A stretch of DNA of 64,000 nt from Candidatus Shapirobacteria bacterium. GTDB taxonomy: Bacteria > Patescibacteriota > Microgenomatia > 0-14-0-10-38-17. Position 1 is the stretch's first letter, and each line of letters starts with the position of its first letter. The DNA lies in contig JAGPNC010000003.1 of the NCBI GenBank assembly GCA_018052565.1, forward strand, positions 587 through 64,586, read 5' to 3'. The notes beneath the pieces are model-generated. The model saw only the letters and a program-made list of their open reading frames with translations. It was not told where the DNA came from and made no database searches. A program made the position numbers and the translations under genes. This document shows positions 16,915 to 27,300 of this stretch, one piece after another.

Positions 16915-18714
16915 TTATACTTGAAATCTTTCTTTTGAAGAAAAATACCTTACATTCTTGTCTCTTAGGGCCCTTATCAGCGTGCTCCTCTCTAAGAGTG
17001 GTAAATTGATGCTCGGTTTCCGTCTGTTTACATCAGCCACTCCCCCTGTGGCCGCATAAACCGCCCAAGACTTTAGCTTTTCATTTCTCTCAAGGTGTAA
17101 GCGTTTCAAAATATCTAGTAAAGGATCCGCCCATGCCTTGGCCGCACCAAACTTACCCAGTTCTATTGGCTTGCCAGGGTTAAAATATTCAAGTAGGCCA
17201 TTTGCTTTTCTAAGAAGAACAGTTAAATAATTAGTCTTCCACGGATCCGTGCTAACCTGTCTCCAGTCAATCTTTTGCCCCTGTTGTAATCTTAATAATA
17301 AAGTTGGGCCTTCTTCTCCTTCTCTATATTCTTCCCAAAAACTTCTCATCGAGGTGGTCGGATAACATTCGGGGACATAAATTAAAACTTGCCCGTTTTT
17401 AGGCTTATGTTTCCAAAATCTTGAAGGAGAGTCCGCCCCCTCAAACAAAAAGTCTCTTGAGTTCTTTTTCCCTGTTTTATTCTTTATCCTCTCGATCTGT
17501 GATAGCCCCCATTTACCAAAGGCTCCCCACTCTTGCTCTTTACTTGTCTTGTCCTCAAACCTTTCTTGGGGATGAAAAACACTTCGTAAATCATCAGAGC
17601 AAATCGCCGGCGCTAACTCTCCGTGCCTTTTCCTTAATCTCCTGTTGCCAAGACTGCTATACCTCGAATCGACTGATTCCACTAAATTTGAAACCCATAT
17701 CCAATTCCAAGCAATCGCGTCAGCGCTCTTTATTTTAATTCTCAAGGCTCTTAACTCCTCCTCTGCTTTTTTATCGCCTTCTTTAGCTTTTTCAAGTAAA
17801 AGTTTCTCTTGCTCTGCCGTAACGTGAAAAAATCCTCTTTTAAGGGTATACTGGAGGCTCCTTCTAAACATCTGAAATTCTCGACCGCTTGTACACTCAA
17901 CTAAAGATTTTTTTATTCCTCCTCCAATAGGTTCACCTGTTTCTTCATCCCATTCTTCAAATACCATCGTTTCGTCCAATATCGCATTGGCATACCATTC
18001 TAATCCCTCTCTTACTCCCTCAATATTATAAAGAATTTCCATCTGTTCTGTCGTAAGATCAATTAATTCCTGATTTTCAGCCAGCTTTCCAGGGTCTGCG
18101 GAAAAAGCATTTTTATAAAAAGCTGCCCTTGCTAGTCGCCAGCGGGTATCCCACTCTCGACGCCTCTCGGAAGAAAGTCTCGAATAAAAACCAGGCTCCA
18201 TGTTAGGCATAAAGCGGGTATAAAAATCCTGTTGCCATTCTACATCAACCCAGCGTTCTTCTTCTTCTCCCGGGGGTAACCTTCTCAAAATTTCAGCCAG
18301 CGCTTCTTGCGTCTCGCCCCTCTCCACTCCTCCCGCAACGCCTCTCGCTATCTCCCTGTCTGCTGCTTCTCTCAACAGTCTCTCAATTTCCCCGGCAAGC
18401 TCGCCGGCCAAAACCGACCATTCGCCCTCGGGAACTTTCTTATCAAGGTACCAACCATCGCCCTCCTTCAGAAGATTTCCTAAACCTTCTGGGGTTTGCA
18501 TGCGAGGTTGCAAAGCCAGCTGGACCAAACGTAGAAGCTTGTCATTCCCAATCGGCGCCTTTTGGAGAATTTTCCCTTTCTTGTCCTTTTTAGGCTCCAC
18601 CAAACTTCGCAACCTTTCCTCAAAAGGAGGCTCTGCTGGCCGCTCTGGCGATACTACTCTCTGCTGTTGCCCTGTCTCTGATGGTGGTGGCATACCTGGC
18701 TCCCCTTCAGTCAT
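16915..18714 (-). CDS. hypothetical protein (opposite-strand insertion in T4SS-like locus)
   Basis: A 599-aa ORF with long, clean, Trp/Glu/Arg-rich sequence. I recognise no motif. Confidence 0.5.
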   Translation of the reverse strand: MTEGEPGMPPPSETGQQQRVVSPERPAEPPFEERLRSLVEPKKDKKGKILQKAPIGNDKLLRLVQLALQPRMQTPEGLGNLLKEGDGWYLDKKVPEGEWSVLAGELAGEIERLLREAADREIARGVAGGVERGETQEALAEILRRLPPGEEEERWVDVEWQQDFYTRFMPNMEPGFYSRLSSERRREWDTRWRLARAAFYKNAFSADPGKLAENQELIDLTTEQMEILYNIEGVREGLEWYANAILDETMVFEEWDEETGEPIGGGIKKSLVECTSGREFQMFRRSLQYTLKRGFFHVTAEQEKLLLEKAKEGDKKAEEELRALRIKIKSADAIAWNWIWVSNLVESVDSRYSSLGNRRLRKRHGELAPAICSDDLRSVFHPQERFEDKTSKEQEWGAFGKWGLSQIERIKNKTGKKNSRDFLFEGADSPSRFWKHKPKNGQVLIYVPECYPTTSMRSFWEEYREGEEGPTLLLRLQQGQKIDWRQVSTDPWKTNYLTVLLRKANGLLEYFNPGKPIELGKFGAAKAWADPLLDILKRLHLERNEKLKSWAVYAATGGVADVNRRKPSINLPLLERSTLIRALRDKNVRYFSSKERFQV

Positions 18715-18721
18715 ATTTGGC

Positions 18722-19576
18722 TTAATTATAACAAACTTGGCCCGATTTTAGCAAAAAATCTATCACTCGTCTCCCCTCGTCTTCTTTAAGAGCATAATAC
18801 GCTTGCGCCACTTTTTTTTCTAATAATGCCTTCTCTCCCCATTTCTCTTCAGAAAAACAAAACAAGTCTACACCGTCTCTTGGGTTATGACGAGGATAAA
18901 AATTATCGTATGAATGCCTAGGTTCAAAGTCATCTGTCACTTTTACTAGTTTAACTGCCTTCTCTGGCCATAAAGAGCAAAACAAAAGAGTTTTGTTTTC
19001 GTACCAAATAGAAGCCTCATAATAACCGCCTTTTCTCCCTGAATTATGGTAGCAACCTAACTCTACAGAACAACTATTCACCTTAAAATCTTTTGGACTA
19101 ATAAGCGAAAGGGTTTCTATCGTTCCATGCAAACTACCAATAGAATATTCCAGAAAACCATTATAATTTGGCTCTGTTTTTTTATAATCATTATCTTCGC
19201 CAAAATTAAAAAATTCGTTGCCTTCAACAAACTCTTCACCTCTAAAATAAACGTTTCTCCTCTCCCTCTCCCTTATCTCACTAATGCCATACTTGCCTAC
19301 CTTTCCGCGCCTAATAGGGCAAAGATAAGAAACGGCCGCATTAATCTCAACTTCATCTTCTATTCCCGCCGCTTCTTTTAATTCCATTAAAACCTCTATT
19401 GCCCCTGATTGCTGAAGAACTTGAAGATGAGGGCGAACTAATGCCCGTGCTTCTTCGTTTAAGAAGCCAAGCCTTTCTTTAATCTTGCCAATAATTACTA
19501 ATTTCTCTTGGTTTATTTTTTCTTGCTTTGCCTGTTCCTCGGCTCCTAATCGTTCGAGCTCTTTTCTTATACCCAT
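18722..19576 (-). CDS. hypothetical protein (co-oriented with 16915-18714)
   Basis: A 284-aa ORF, 7 nt upstream of the previous one. No recognisable motif. Confidence 0.5.
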   Translation of the reverse strand: MGIRKELERLGAEEQAKQEKINQEKLVIIGKIKERLGFLNEEARALVRPHLQVLQQSGAIEVLMELKEAAGIEDEVEINAAVSYLCPIRRGKVGKYGISEIRERERRNVYFRGEEFVEGNEFFNFGEDNDYKKTEPNYNGFLEYSIGSLHGTIETLSLISPKDFKVNSCSVELGCYHNSGRKGGYYEASIWYENKTLLFCSLWPEKAVKLVKVTDDFEPRHSYDNFYPRHNPRDGVDLFCFSEEKWGEKALLEKKVAQAYYALKEDEGRRVIDFLLKSGQVCYN

Positions 19577-19869
19577 TTTTTATTCAAATAATTAGTTAAA
19601 AATAAAAAATGTTTAATTAAAGTTTGGCCGATAAGGGTTTTCTCTCATAATTATAAGACATTATAATTGTTTATTCCGTCTTTGTCAACGGCTCTTCCGC
19701 AACTCCCGACGTCGATTAGCTTCGAACCTCAGGGTTTTTCAGCACCTAAAATACTATAAGCACTCCATTATCCCGCCTTATGCGTGATCTCTCGGAAAGA
19801 GACTATGTAGTAATGGAGTAAGTTTAGATAGATTCTAAACCTCATGCCAGAGGGGCGCAGAATAGGCTG

Positions 19870-20235
19870 GTTAAAATTTTCTTATTCACTTTTGACTTTT
19901 TATTTGTACTTTTGACTTTTAAATTTTAACTTTTAACTTTTCTTCTCAATATTGCCCCTTAATGCTACACCTTAAGGGTGGGTTCCTGCTTGCCCCCTTG
20001 GCATTCCAGACTATCAAGCTCCGCTCTTGCGCGGCAAGACGATTTATTGTAAGCTAGAATTGTTTAAATTCAAAAGTTAAAATTCAAAATGCAAAATTAC
20101 AATTCAAAATCCAAAATTTTTAATTTTAACTTGCAATTTTTCCGCCAGAGGCGCAGGCCAGAGGTCTGTCGGCCTTGGGCAGAGACCCGCCTTGGGCGGG
20201 AACTTTTGACTTTTAACTTTTGACTTTTAACTATT
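19870..20235. repeat. composite spacer: AT-rich arms + GC-rich nested-hairpin core (core at 20141-20200)
   Basis: The core is tccgccagaggcgcaggccagaggtctgtcggccttgggcagagacccgccttgggcggg, flanked by acttttgacttttaacttttgactttt arms. Confidence 0.8.
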
Positions 20236-20238
20236 TCC

Positions 20239-21108
20239 GTGGAACAGCATCCCATTCCCCAACACATTTCGTCTTACGAGTTTCGCCTTATTGGTGAAAT
20301 GACCCTGGGCCAGTTTGCCCGCGTCGCCGGCGGAGTAATTGTAGCGCTTATTTTTTATGCCCTCCCCCTGCCCGGCTTTATTGGGTGGTTTTTAGTTCTC
20401 CTTTCGGCCGGCTTAGGAATCGCCTTCGCTTTCCTCCCCGTTGAGGGTCGACCACTGGAAGTTTGGCTTCTTGCTTTTCTTCGCTCAATTTATTCCCCCA
20501 CGCAATATGTTTGGCGAAAAGTGGTTGCCTCTTTTGATTTCCAAACCCAAACCCCCTCTCCCGAAGAAACCGTACCAGCAATTTCTGCCTCAAAAACCCT
20601 GACACCCCAAGAGCTGGCCCTTCTGCGCACTTTCGGACAGAAGGATACTGAGTTTTATAGCGAGGAAGAAATTAAGAAAGCCCAGGCGTTTCTCGCTCTT
20701 TATCAGCAGCCTGCCAACGCGACGCCTTCTCCTTCTTCGTTGACTGACATTAAAAAAGAAGAAAAAGCCAAAGAAGCCCGCTTCGAGGAAGGCCTTCCCT
20801 TCCCTGCTCCCCCAGATGAACCAAACATCATTGTCGGCATGGTTATCGATAAAAACGGCAAAATCGTGGAAGGAGCCATTATTGAGATAAAGAGCAGGGA
20901 GGGGGAAACCGTCCGGGCAATGAGGAGCAACAAATTAGGACAGTTTCGGACAATTTCTCCCCTGGTAAACGGCGAATACCGAATTTCCTGCGAGAAAGAG
21001 GGGCTTAATTTTGATATAATGAAAATTAAACTTGAGGGAAAAATTCTCCCGCCGGTAGAGATAAGAGAAAAGGGCCCTAAAACAACAAATAATACCCAAG
21101 AGGAATAG
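20239..21108 (+). CDS. PrgI/VirB3-like T4SS membrane protein with C-terminal carboxypeptidase-regulatory-like beta domain
   Basis: The N-terminus (SSYEFRLIGEMTLGQFARVAGG) matches the PrgI-family pattern, followed by two TM segments. GTG start. It sits two genes upstream of the VirB4-like gene. Confidence 0.5.
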   Translation: MEQHPIPQHISSYEFRLIGEMTLGQFARVAGGVIVALIFYALPLPGFIGWFLVLLSAGLGIAFAFLPVEGRPLEVWLLAFLRSIYSPTQYVWRKVVASFDFQTQTPSPEETVPAISASKTLTPQELALLRTFGQKDTEFYSEEEIKKAQAFLALYQQPANATPSPSSLTDIKKEEKAKEARFEEGLPFPAPPDEPNIIVGMVIDKNGKIVEGAIIEIKSREGETVRAMRSNKLGQFRTISPLVNGEYRISCEKEGLNFDIMKIKLEGKILPPVEIREKGPKTTNNTQEE

Positions 21109-21119
21109 TATATTTAATA

Positions 21120-21275
21120 AAAAAAGGGGCTAAAATAACTAAAATTCAAAGTTCAAAATGCAAAATGAAAAATGAAAAATTAAAATGCAAAAATTATTAA
21201 AAAAAGAAAATTCTTTTTACACTTTACATTTTATTTTATTTTGGACTTTTAAATTTTAATTTTTAACTTTTTTCC
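21120..21275. repeat. AT-rich palindromic spacer element
   Basis: aaaattcaaagttcaaaatgcaaaatgaaaaatg… mirrored by ttttggacttttaaattttaatttttaactttt. Confidence 0.75.
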
Positions 21276-22052
21276 GTGCCTGACCAAAAAAACCCGCCCG
21301 TCCGCGCCTCTACCCAAGAAGCCATACCTGTCGAGGACATTCGCGACAATTTGGTTATTTTAAAAGACGGCTCGGCGGCGATGATTCTCCAGATTAGCGC
21401 CCTAAATTTTGACCTCCTTTCCCAAAGAGAGCAAGAGGCGCTGATTTTTGCCTATGGCAGCCTTCTTAATTCCCTTAATTTTTCGGTGCAGATTTTTATT
21501 CGCTCCCAAAAAAAAGATATCACCGGTTATCTCTCGCTTTTGGACAAAGCCAAGGACAACCAAACCAATCCTCTTCTTAAAAAATTAATCACCGATTATC
21601 AAAAATTTATCAAAGAAGTGGTTACCAAAACAGAGATTTTGGATAAAAAATTTTATCTGGTTATTCCTTTTTCCTCTCTTGAGTTAGGGTTTGGAGCAGC
21701 GGCAAAAAGCATCACCAAAAGCCTGCCGCTTTTCAAAAAAACCACTCCTTCTCAAAAATTGGACCTAATTGAAGTTTCCCAAAAAGCCCAAACTTCTCTT
21801 CTCCCTAAGCGAGACCATTTGATCCGACTTTTCTCCCGCCTCGGCCTTTCTGCCCGCCAATTAACCACCAACGAACTTATTTATCTTTTCTTCCGGATTT
21901 ATAACCCCAATGCCAAAGGAATCGAGCCGGCTCTGACCAAAGAGTATCTCTCTCCTCTAACTACCAGCCTCTTGATCCCACCGAAAATTGAAGAAGGACA
22001 AGCATCGCCAGATCAGGGGAAACAAAAAGAACAAGCAGTTCGTAATACGTAG
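21276..22052 (+). CDS. hypothetical T4SS-associated protein
   Basis: 258-aa ORF with a GTG start inside the conserved TTTTTCCGTGCCTGACC leader. Confidence 0.45.
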   Translation: MPDQKNPPVRASTQEAIPVEDIRDNLVILKDGSAAMILQISALNFDLLSQREQEALIFAYGSLLNSLNFSVQIFIRSQKKDITGYLSLLDKAKDNQTNPLLKKLITDYQKFIKEVVTKTEILDKKFYLVIPFSSLELGFGAAAKSITKSLPLFKKTTPSQKLDLIEVSQKAQTSLLPKRDHLIRLFSRLGLSARQLTTNELIYLFFRIYNPNAKGIEPALTKEYLSPLTTSLLIPPKIEEGQASPDQGKQKEQAVRNT

Positions 22053-22054
22053 GC

Positions 22055-22270
22055 TGTAATCTCAAATCTTAAAACGCAAATGTCAAATCTAAAACGCAAA
22101 ACGCAAACCTGCCTTGCCGGCAGGCAGGATTCAGGATTAAAAAATGCAAAAATCAAAGATCAAAAATCAAAATGAAAATGTAAAATGCAAAAAGAATTTT
22201 CTTTGGATCTTAACAATTTTTGAATTTTAATCTTTCATTTTGACTTTTAACTTTTGACTTTTAATTTTTT
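22055..22270. repeat. composite spacer with GC hairpin core (cctgccttgccggcagg at 22108-22135)
   Basis: k-mer arms (aatctcaaatct…, …ttttgacttttaacttttgactttt) around the GC hairpin. Confidence 0.75.
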
Positions 22271-22274
22271 TTCC

Positions 22275-24128
22275 ATGCCTAATCCTATCAACCAACTATT
22301 AGAAAAAATTAAACCTCCTAAAAAAGAAAGCCCGGCAAAAGAGGCCGCCGCCGCAAAAGAAAGCGGCGAAACTTTCGGCGCCGGCGTGCCCACCATTAAA
22401 GATATCATCGCCCCCTCGGCCATCGAGGTTGACTTTTCCTATCTTAAAATTGACAATAAATATTTGCGAACTTTTTTTGTAGCTGGCTATCCCCGTTTCG
22501 TTTCCGCTAACTGGCTCTCTCCTTTAATTAATTTTGACCACACCTTGGATATTTCTATGTTTATTTATCCGGTAGAAATAAAAGGAACTATGGACGATCT
22601 ACGCCGGAAAATTGCCGAAATGGAAGCGGAAATTTCCACCGATATCCAGCGAGGGCGAGTTGTTGACCCCTCCACCCAGGCTAAATTGGAAGACGCCTTG
22701 GCGCTTCAGGAAGAATTAGCCAAAGGAACCGAGCATTTCTTCCAGTTCGGCCTTTATATCACTATTCCCGCCGATTCCCTCCAGGAGTTGGAAGAGGTAA
22801 GCCGTGAAGTTGAGGCCACCCTGGGGTCGCTTTTAATCATTGCCAAAACAGCGAGCCTGCAAATGGAAGAAGGTTTTAAAACCACTCTCCCTATTGGCAT
22901 TGATTTTTTGAACATCAGCCGTAATATGGATACCACCTCGCTGGCGACCACTTTCCCCTTTACTTCTTCGGAGCTCACGGCCAACGAAGGAATTTTATAT
23001 GGCGTTAATCAACATAATGGTTCTTTGGTTATTTTTGATCGCTTCAATCTGGAAAATTCTAATGCCGTTATTTTTGGCAAGTCCGGCTCAGGAAAAAGCT
23101 ATCTGGTAAAACTTGAAGCCCTCCGTTCTTTAATGATGGGAACAGAATTAATTATTATTGACCCGGAAGAGGAATACCGCCAGCTGAGCGAGGCCGTTGG
23201 AGGAGAATATATTAAGTTTGGCTTTGGCTCACGGGCAAAAATTAACCCCTTTGACCTTCCCAGCCAGCAATTATCATTCCCGGGTGAAAAAACAGAAAAT
23301 GAACTTGGCTTCAAGCTTCTTTCCCTCCACTCTCTCTTAAAAATAATGTTAGGGGAAATGAGCGCTAATGAAGAGGCCATCCTTGACCGGGCGCTGGTGG
23401 CCACTTATAAAAGCAAGGGAATTACCCCCGATCCTGTTACTTACGAACAGGAGCCGCCGCTTTTAGAAGATCTTTACAAAACTCTTCTGGGAATGGAGAG
23501 CAAAGAAGGTCAACTTTTAGCCACCCGTTTGGAAAAATTTGTTAAGGGTTCGCTGACGGGGATTTTTGACCAGCATTCTAATGTTAATCTAAAAAATCCG
23601 TTTACGGTTTTTTCCCTAAAAGACGTTGAGGGTGACTTAAGGCCGGTGGTGATGTTTATTATCCTTGATTACATTTGGACCAAAGTAAAGGCCGAGATTA
23701 AAAAAAGAATCGTCATTGTTGACGAAGCGTGGTATTTAATGCGTTATCCTGATTCGGCCCAATTTTTGGAATCGATCGCCAAAAGAGCGCGTAAATATTA
23801 TTTAGGCCTTTCCACCATCACCCAAGATGTTCCCGACTTTCTCTCCTCGCCCTATGGAGAATCAATTATCACCAACTCTTCTGTGCAAATTTTAATGAAA
23901 CAGCATCCGGCCGCCATCGACCGCTTAGGGGAGGTCTTTTATCTCTCCGAAGGAGAGAAAAATTTTCTTTTATCCGCCAATATCGGCGAGGGGCTCTTCT
24001 TTGCCGGGGACAATCATGTGGCGATTAAGGTAATTTCCTCCCCCCAAGAGCATAAGTTAGTCGGTTCCAGTCCGAAAGAAAAAACAGTCGCGGTGGCCAA
24101 AGAAGCCAAAGAAACGGAAGAAAAATAA
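22275..24128 (+). CDS. VirB4/TraE/PrgJ-family type IV secretion ATPase
   Basis: Walker A GKSGSGKS and Walker B VIVDEAWY. The N-terminal region is typical of PrgJ/TrsE. I set the start at the ATG at 22275; the ORF-track start (22254) lies inside the repeat. Confidence 0.8.
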   Translation: MPNPINQLLEKIKPPKKESPAKEAAAAKESGETFGAGVPTIKDIIAPSAIEVDFSYLKIDNKYLRTFFVAGYPRFVSANWLSPLINFDHTLDISMFIYPVEIKGTMDDLRRKIAEMEAEISTDIQRGRVVDPSTQAKLEDALALQEELAKGTEHFFQFGLYITIPADSLQELEEVSREVEATLGSLLIIAKTASLQMEEGFKTTLPIGIDFLNISRNMDTTSLATTFPFTSSELTANEGILYGVNQHNGSLVIFDRFNLENSNAVIFGKSGSGKSYLVKLEALRSLMMGTELIIIDPEEEYRQLSEAVGGEYIKFGFGSRAKINPFDLPSQQLSFPGEKTENELGFKLLSLHSLLKIMLGEMSANEEAILDRALVATYKSKGITPDPVTYEQEPPLLEDLYKTLLGMESKEGQLLATRLEKFVKGSLTGIFDQHSNVNLKNPFTVFSLKDVEGDLRPVVMFIILDYIWTKVKAEIKKRIVIVDEAWYLMRYPDSAQFLESIAKRARKYYLGLSTITQDVPDFLSSPYGESIITNSSVQILMKQHPAAIDRLGEVFYLSEGEKNFLLSANIGEGLFFAGDNHVAIKVISSPQEHKLVGSSPKEKTVAVAKEAKETEEK

Positions 24129-24129
24129 T

Positions 24130-24355
24130 ACCTAATTCAAAAGTCAAAAGTCAAAATTCAAAATTACAATTAAAAAGTTAAAAGTTTTTCGCTTTACTTT
24201 TAACTTTTAGCTTTTGACTTTTTCCGCCAGAGGCGCACCCGCCTTGGGCGGGATCAGCCTTGGGCAGAGACCCGCCTCGGGTGGGAACTTTTGACTTTTA
24301 ATTTTTAATTATTACATTGCGTTCTAACTTTTGACTTTTAACTTTTGACTTTTTC
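24130..24355. repeat. composite spacer with GC core (24223-24285)
   Basis: Core tccgccagaggcgcacccgccttgggcgggatcagccttgggcagagacccgcctcgggtggg. Confidence 0.8.
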
Positions 24356-24358
24356 CCC

Positions 24359-27300
24359 ATGCCCGACCAAGACAAATTAATTCTTTCCCGCCAAACGGCA
24401 GAACTCTTGCTTCAGGGAATCGCCTTTTTTAAAGAAAACCCGACCGCCAAAAAATGGAAAAACCTAGATAAAGACCTTTTTATTTTTCTTTGCCGCGAAC
24501 TTTGCCAACTCCCCCTTGAGGAAGAAGAAAATTTTGATGAATATCTTGCTCGTGCCGAAGAACTTTTAAAAAGAATCATCGGCGAAGAACTTACTGCCCC
24601 CTCCCTGCCCCAAAACTTGGAAGAACTAGTTGAGGCCTGGGAAAGCTTTGCTACCCAAAAAGATGCCCAAGCCCCTCCTTCTCCAAGAATTAACCTGCCA
24701 ACAGTCGAGGATTGGATTAAAGCTTTAAAAGAAAAAAGAGTTGAAGAAGAAATTGCTCCCCGGGTGAGAAAGGCTCTTCAAACCACCCTCCCCCACCTTT
24801 CCCAGAAAGACCAGGCCAGCCTTGGGAAACAAATTAGCCAGGAAATTGCCAAATCCCCCTTCTTTGTCCTTCCCCAAGAAGAAAAAGAGGCAGTGGTCCA
24901 AAGAGCAGTAGAAAAAAGCCTTGGGGAAAAGCAAATTGTCCTTGGCGAAGAGCAAAAGCAAGCCTTAGCAAAAGCAATGGTAACCCCTTCTCTTCCTCGA
25001 AAAGAGCCGAAGCCAAAAGAAACGATCACCCCTCCTGTTTTTAAAAAATTCCAAGAACAGATTGAACAAGTTTTAAGAACATCCTTAGAGACAACAGGAA
25101 AAATTGACGAAGAAACCCTTGCTGAGTTGAGTCCTTTAATAAGCGGGGCAGTGGCTTCGAATCTCCCTCTTCTATCCCAAGGCGAATTAGAAGCCCTCAG
25201 CCTAGCCGATAAGAGCAAAATTGCCGAGGGAACAACCACCGCCGCCTTAGGAACGATTGGTAAAGCTTTAGTGGCCAAAGGCATTAGTCTCTCCCCCAGC
25301 CAAACCGCCACCCTTTTAGATCAACTCACCATCACCGCCATCTCTAACTTAGAAAGTTTAGCGCCAGTTCTTCCGGAAAACCGCCTTCCCCAGGAAAAAA
25401 CCCCGGAGACGGAAGGAACCGCCACGCCAATTTTAACCTTTTTGCTCCATCCCAAGGAAACCGCCACCCTTATTCTTAACCCCCAAACAAGAAGAAGCCT
25501 TGAAGCTCTCGACAGAGACCCCTCTCTTCCTTTTAGTCTTGTTTTGGAAGGAGAGGAAACCTCTCGGGGAGAACAAATTAAAAATATTTTTCTCCTAAGG
25601 GGGATTAATTTTCAAAGCATTAATTTAGCCGCCCCCCTTGAAGAAGAAACCCAGGCTTTAGTATTGGCGGCCAAGGGAATCACCAGCGCCGATATTAGTT
25701 CCGCCATCAAAGCCGCCCGGGAGGAAAATTGGCCGGCCGAAGAAATAAGGAGGCTTGAGGAAATTTTTAGCCGTCAACTAAAATTTGAAAGAGATTTTCC
25801 TGGATTAACCCAACGGTTCTTTCGTTTCCGAAAAGCAAAAGAAATCATCTCGGGCCAAAAAAATGATCAAAGGCTACCTTCCCGCCCCTATCTTAAAATT
25901 AAAAGCCAAACCAGCTTTGACACTGCCAGATGGAAAGCCCTGAAAATCATTAATAGTTTTTTGGAGAAAATTGGCCTTGTGGAAAAAGAAACCACTGTTT
26001 CGGGAAAAATTATCCAATCCTCCAAAATCTGGTATTATCTCCAAAAAGCCTTCCAGCCGGTAGCTTCTTTTTGGCAAAAAACAAACATCGGGAAAACCAT
26101 TGCGGATTGGCTTTCAAGACAAACTTATCATTTTTGGCAAGACGCCTTGGGGCAAATAAGAGGATTTAGCCAGGCGGGAGTTAAGAAAGCGGTTCAGGAA
26201 GGAACCAAAAAAGGAGTCACTAAAGCAATCACCTGGCTTTCTACCAAATTGGCGGCCACCAAACTGGGAGCTGCTTTAGGCTCAATTGCCCCGGGAATAG
26301 GCAATGCGATAGGGGCAGTGGCCGGCTTTTTGGTTGATTTAGGAATATCTTTCTTTAAAAAGGGCGGCGAATTTTTAGAAAAACTTACCGGCGGCCAAAC
26401 CGAGGCGGAACAAAAGCTTAAAGTCGCCCTAGGACCATTTTCCTTCTTGGTTTCTCCTTTGGCAATTATTGTTATTGGTGCCGCCATTATCCCTCTTTTG
26501 CTTGTTTTTCACGATTCTGCCAACACCCAAAGTCTTTTTTTTGTTTCAGAGGACGGAGGGGGAGGAGTTCTTCCTCCTTCCTCACGCCTTATTTTGCCTT
26601 CTCTAGAATTGGCTGAGATAATCAAAAGGGCAGCTAAAGATATTTGTGTTCCGGAAGCCCTTCTTCTGGCAATCTCCAGAACTGAGGCCGCAAGGGCGTG
26701 GGGGTATTCCTCTGAAGAAGTCAAACTATTTTCTACCCCTAATTGGTGGGAAACACCCGGAGCTCCTATCTGTCGCGGCCTTTGTTATAACACTTGCAAC
26801 CCGGGAGAATGCAGCCAGTGGGACCCGGATTGCGCTTGGACTAATTATGGCGGCATCAGTCAAGAAGCGGATGTGCGGGGAGTTATGCAGTTTGAATTGA
26901 ACACTTTTAACGGTTATCGCAACGAGCTTTTGGGCATTTTAGGAAGAGAACCTCATCGCTGTCTTATTCCCGATTCCATCTATGCAGCAGCATTAAAAAT
27001 AAAAGCCGATAGCGGCACCGACAACACCCAATGCGATGATTGGTCAGACGAAATCGTCCGCAAAGTAGCCAAGGCCTACTGCGGCTCTTGTGATTCTCCT
27101 AATTGTCCCAATTATTGCGACATTGTCCTTTACTACTATCATGATTATCAAAATTCCCTAGATATTATCACTAATCCCTCCAGCAACCCCAACGGCCTAA
27201 TAGCTGAAAAAATCGCTGTTATTATGGCCAGATGCAACCATGATCCCGATGGCTATGGTTTCATTAACGCTTCGACCCAAAACGCCGCCATTGGTTGTTT

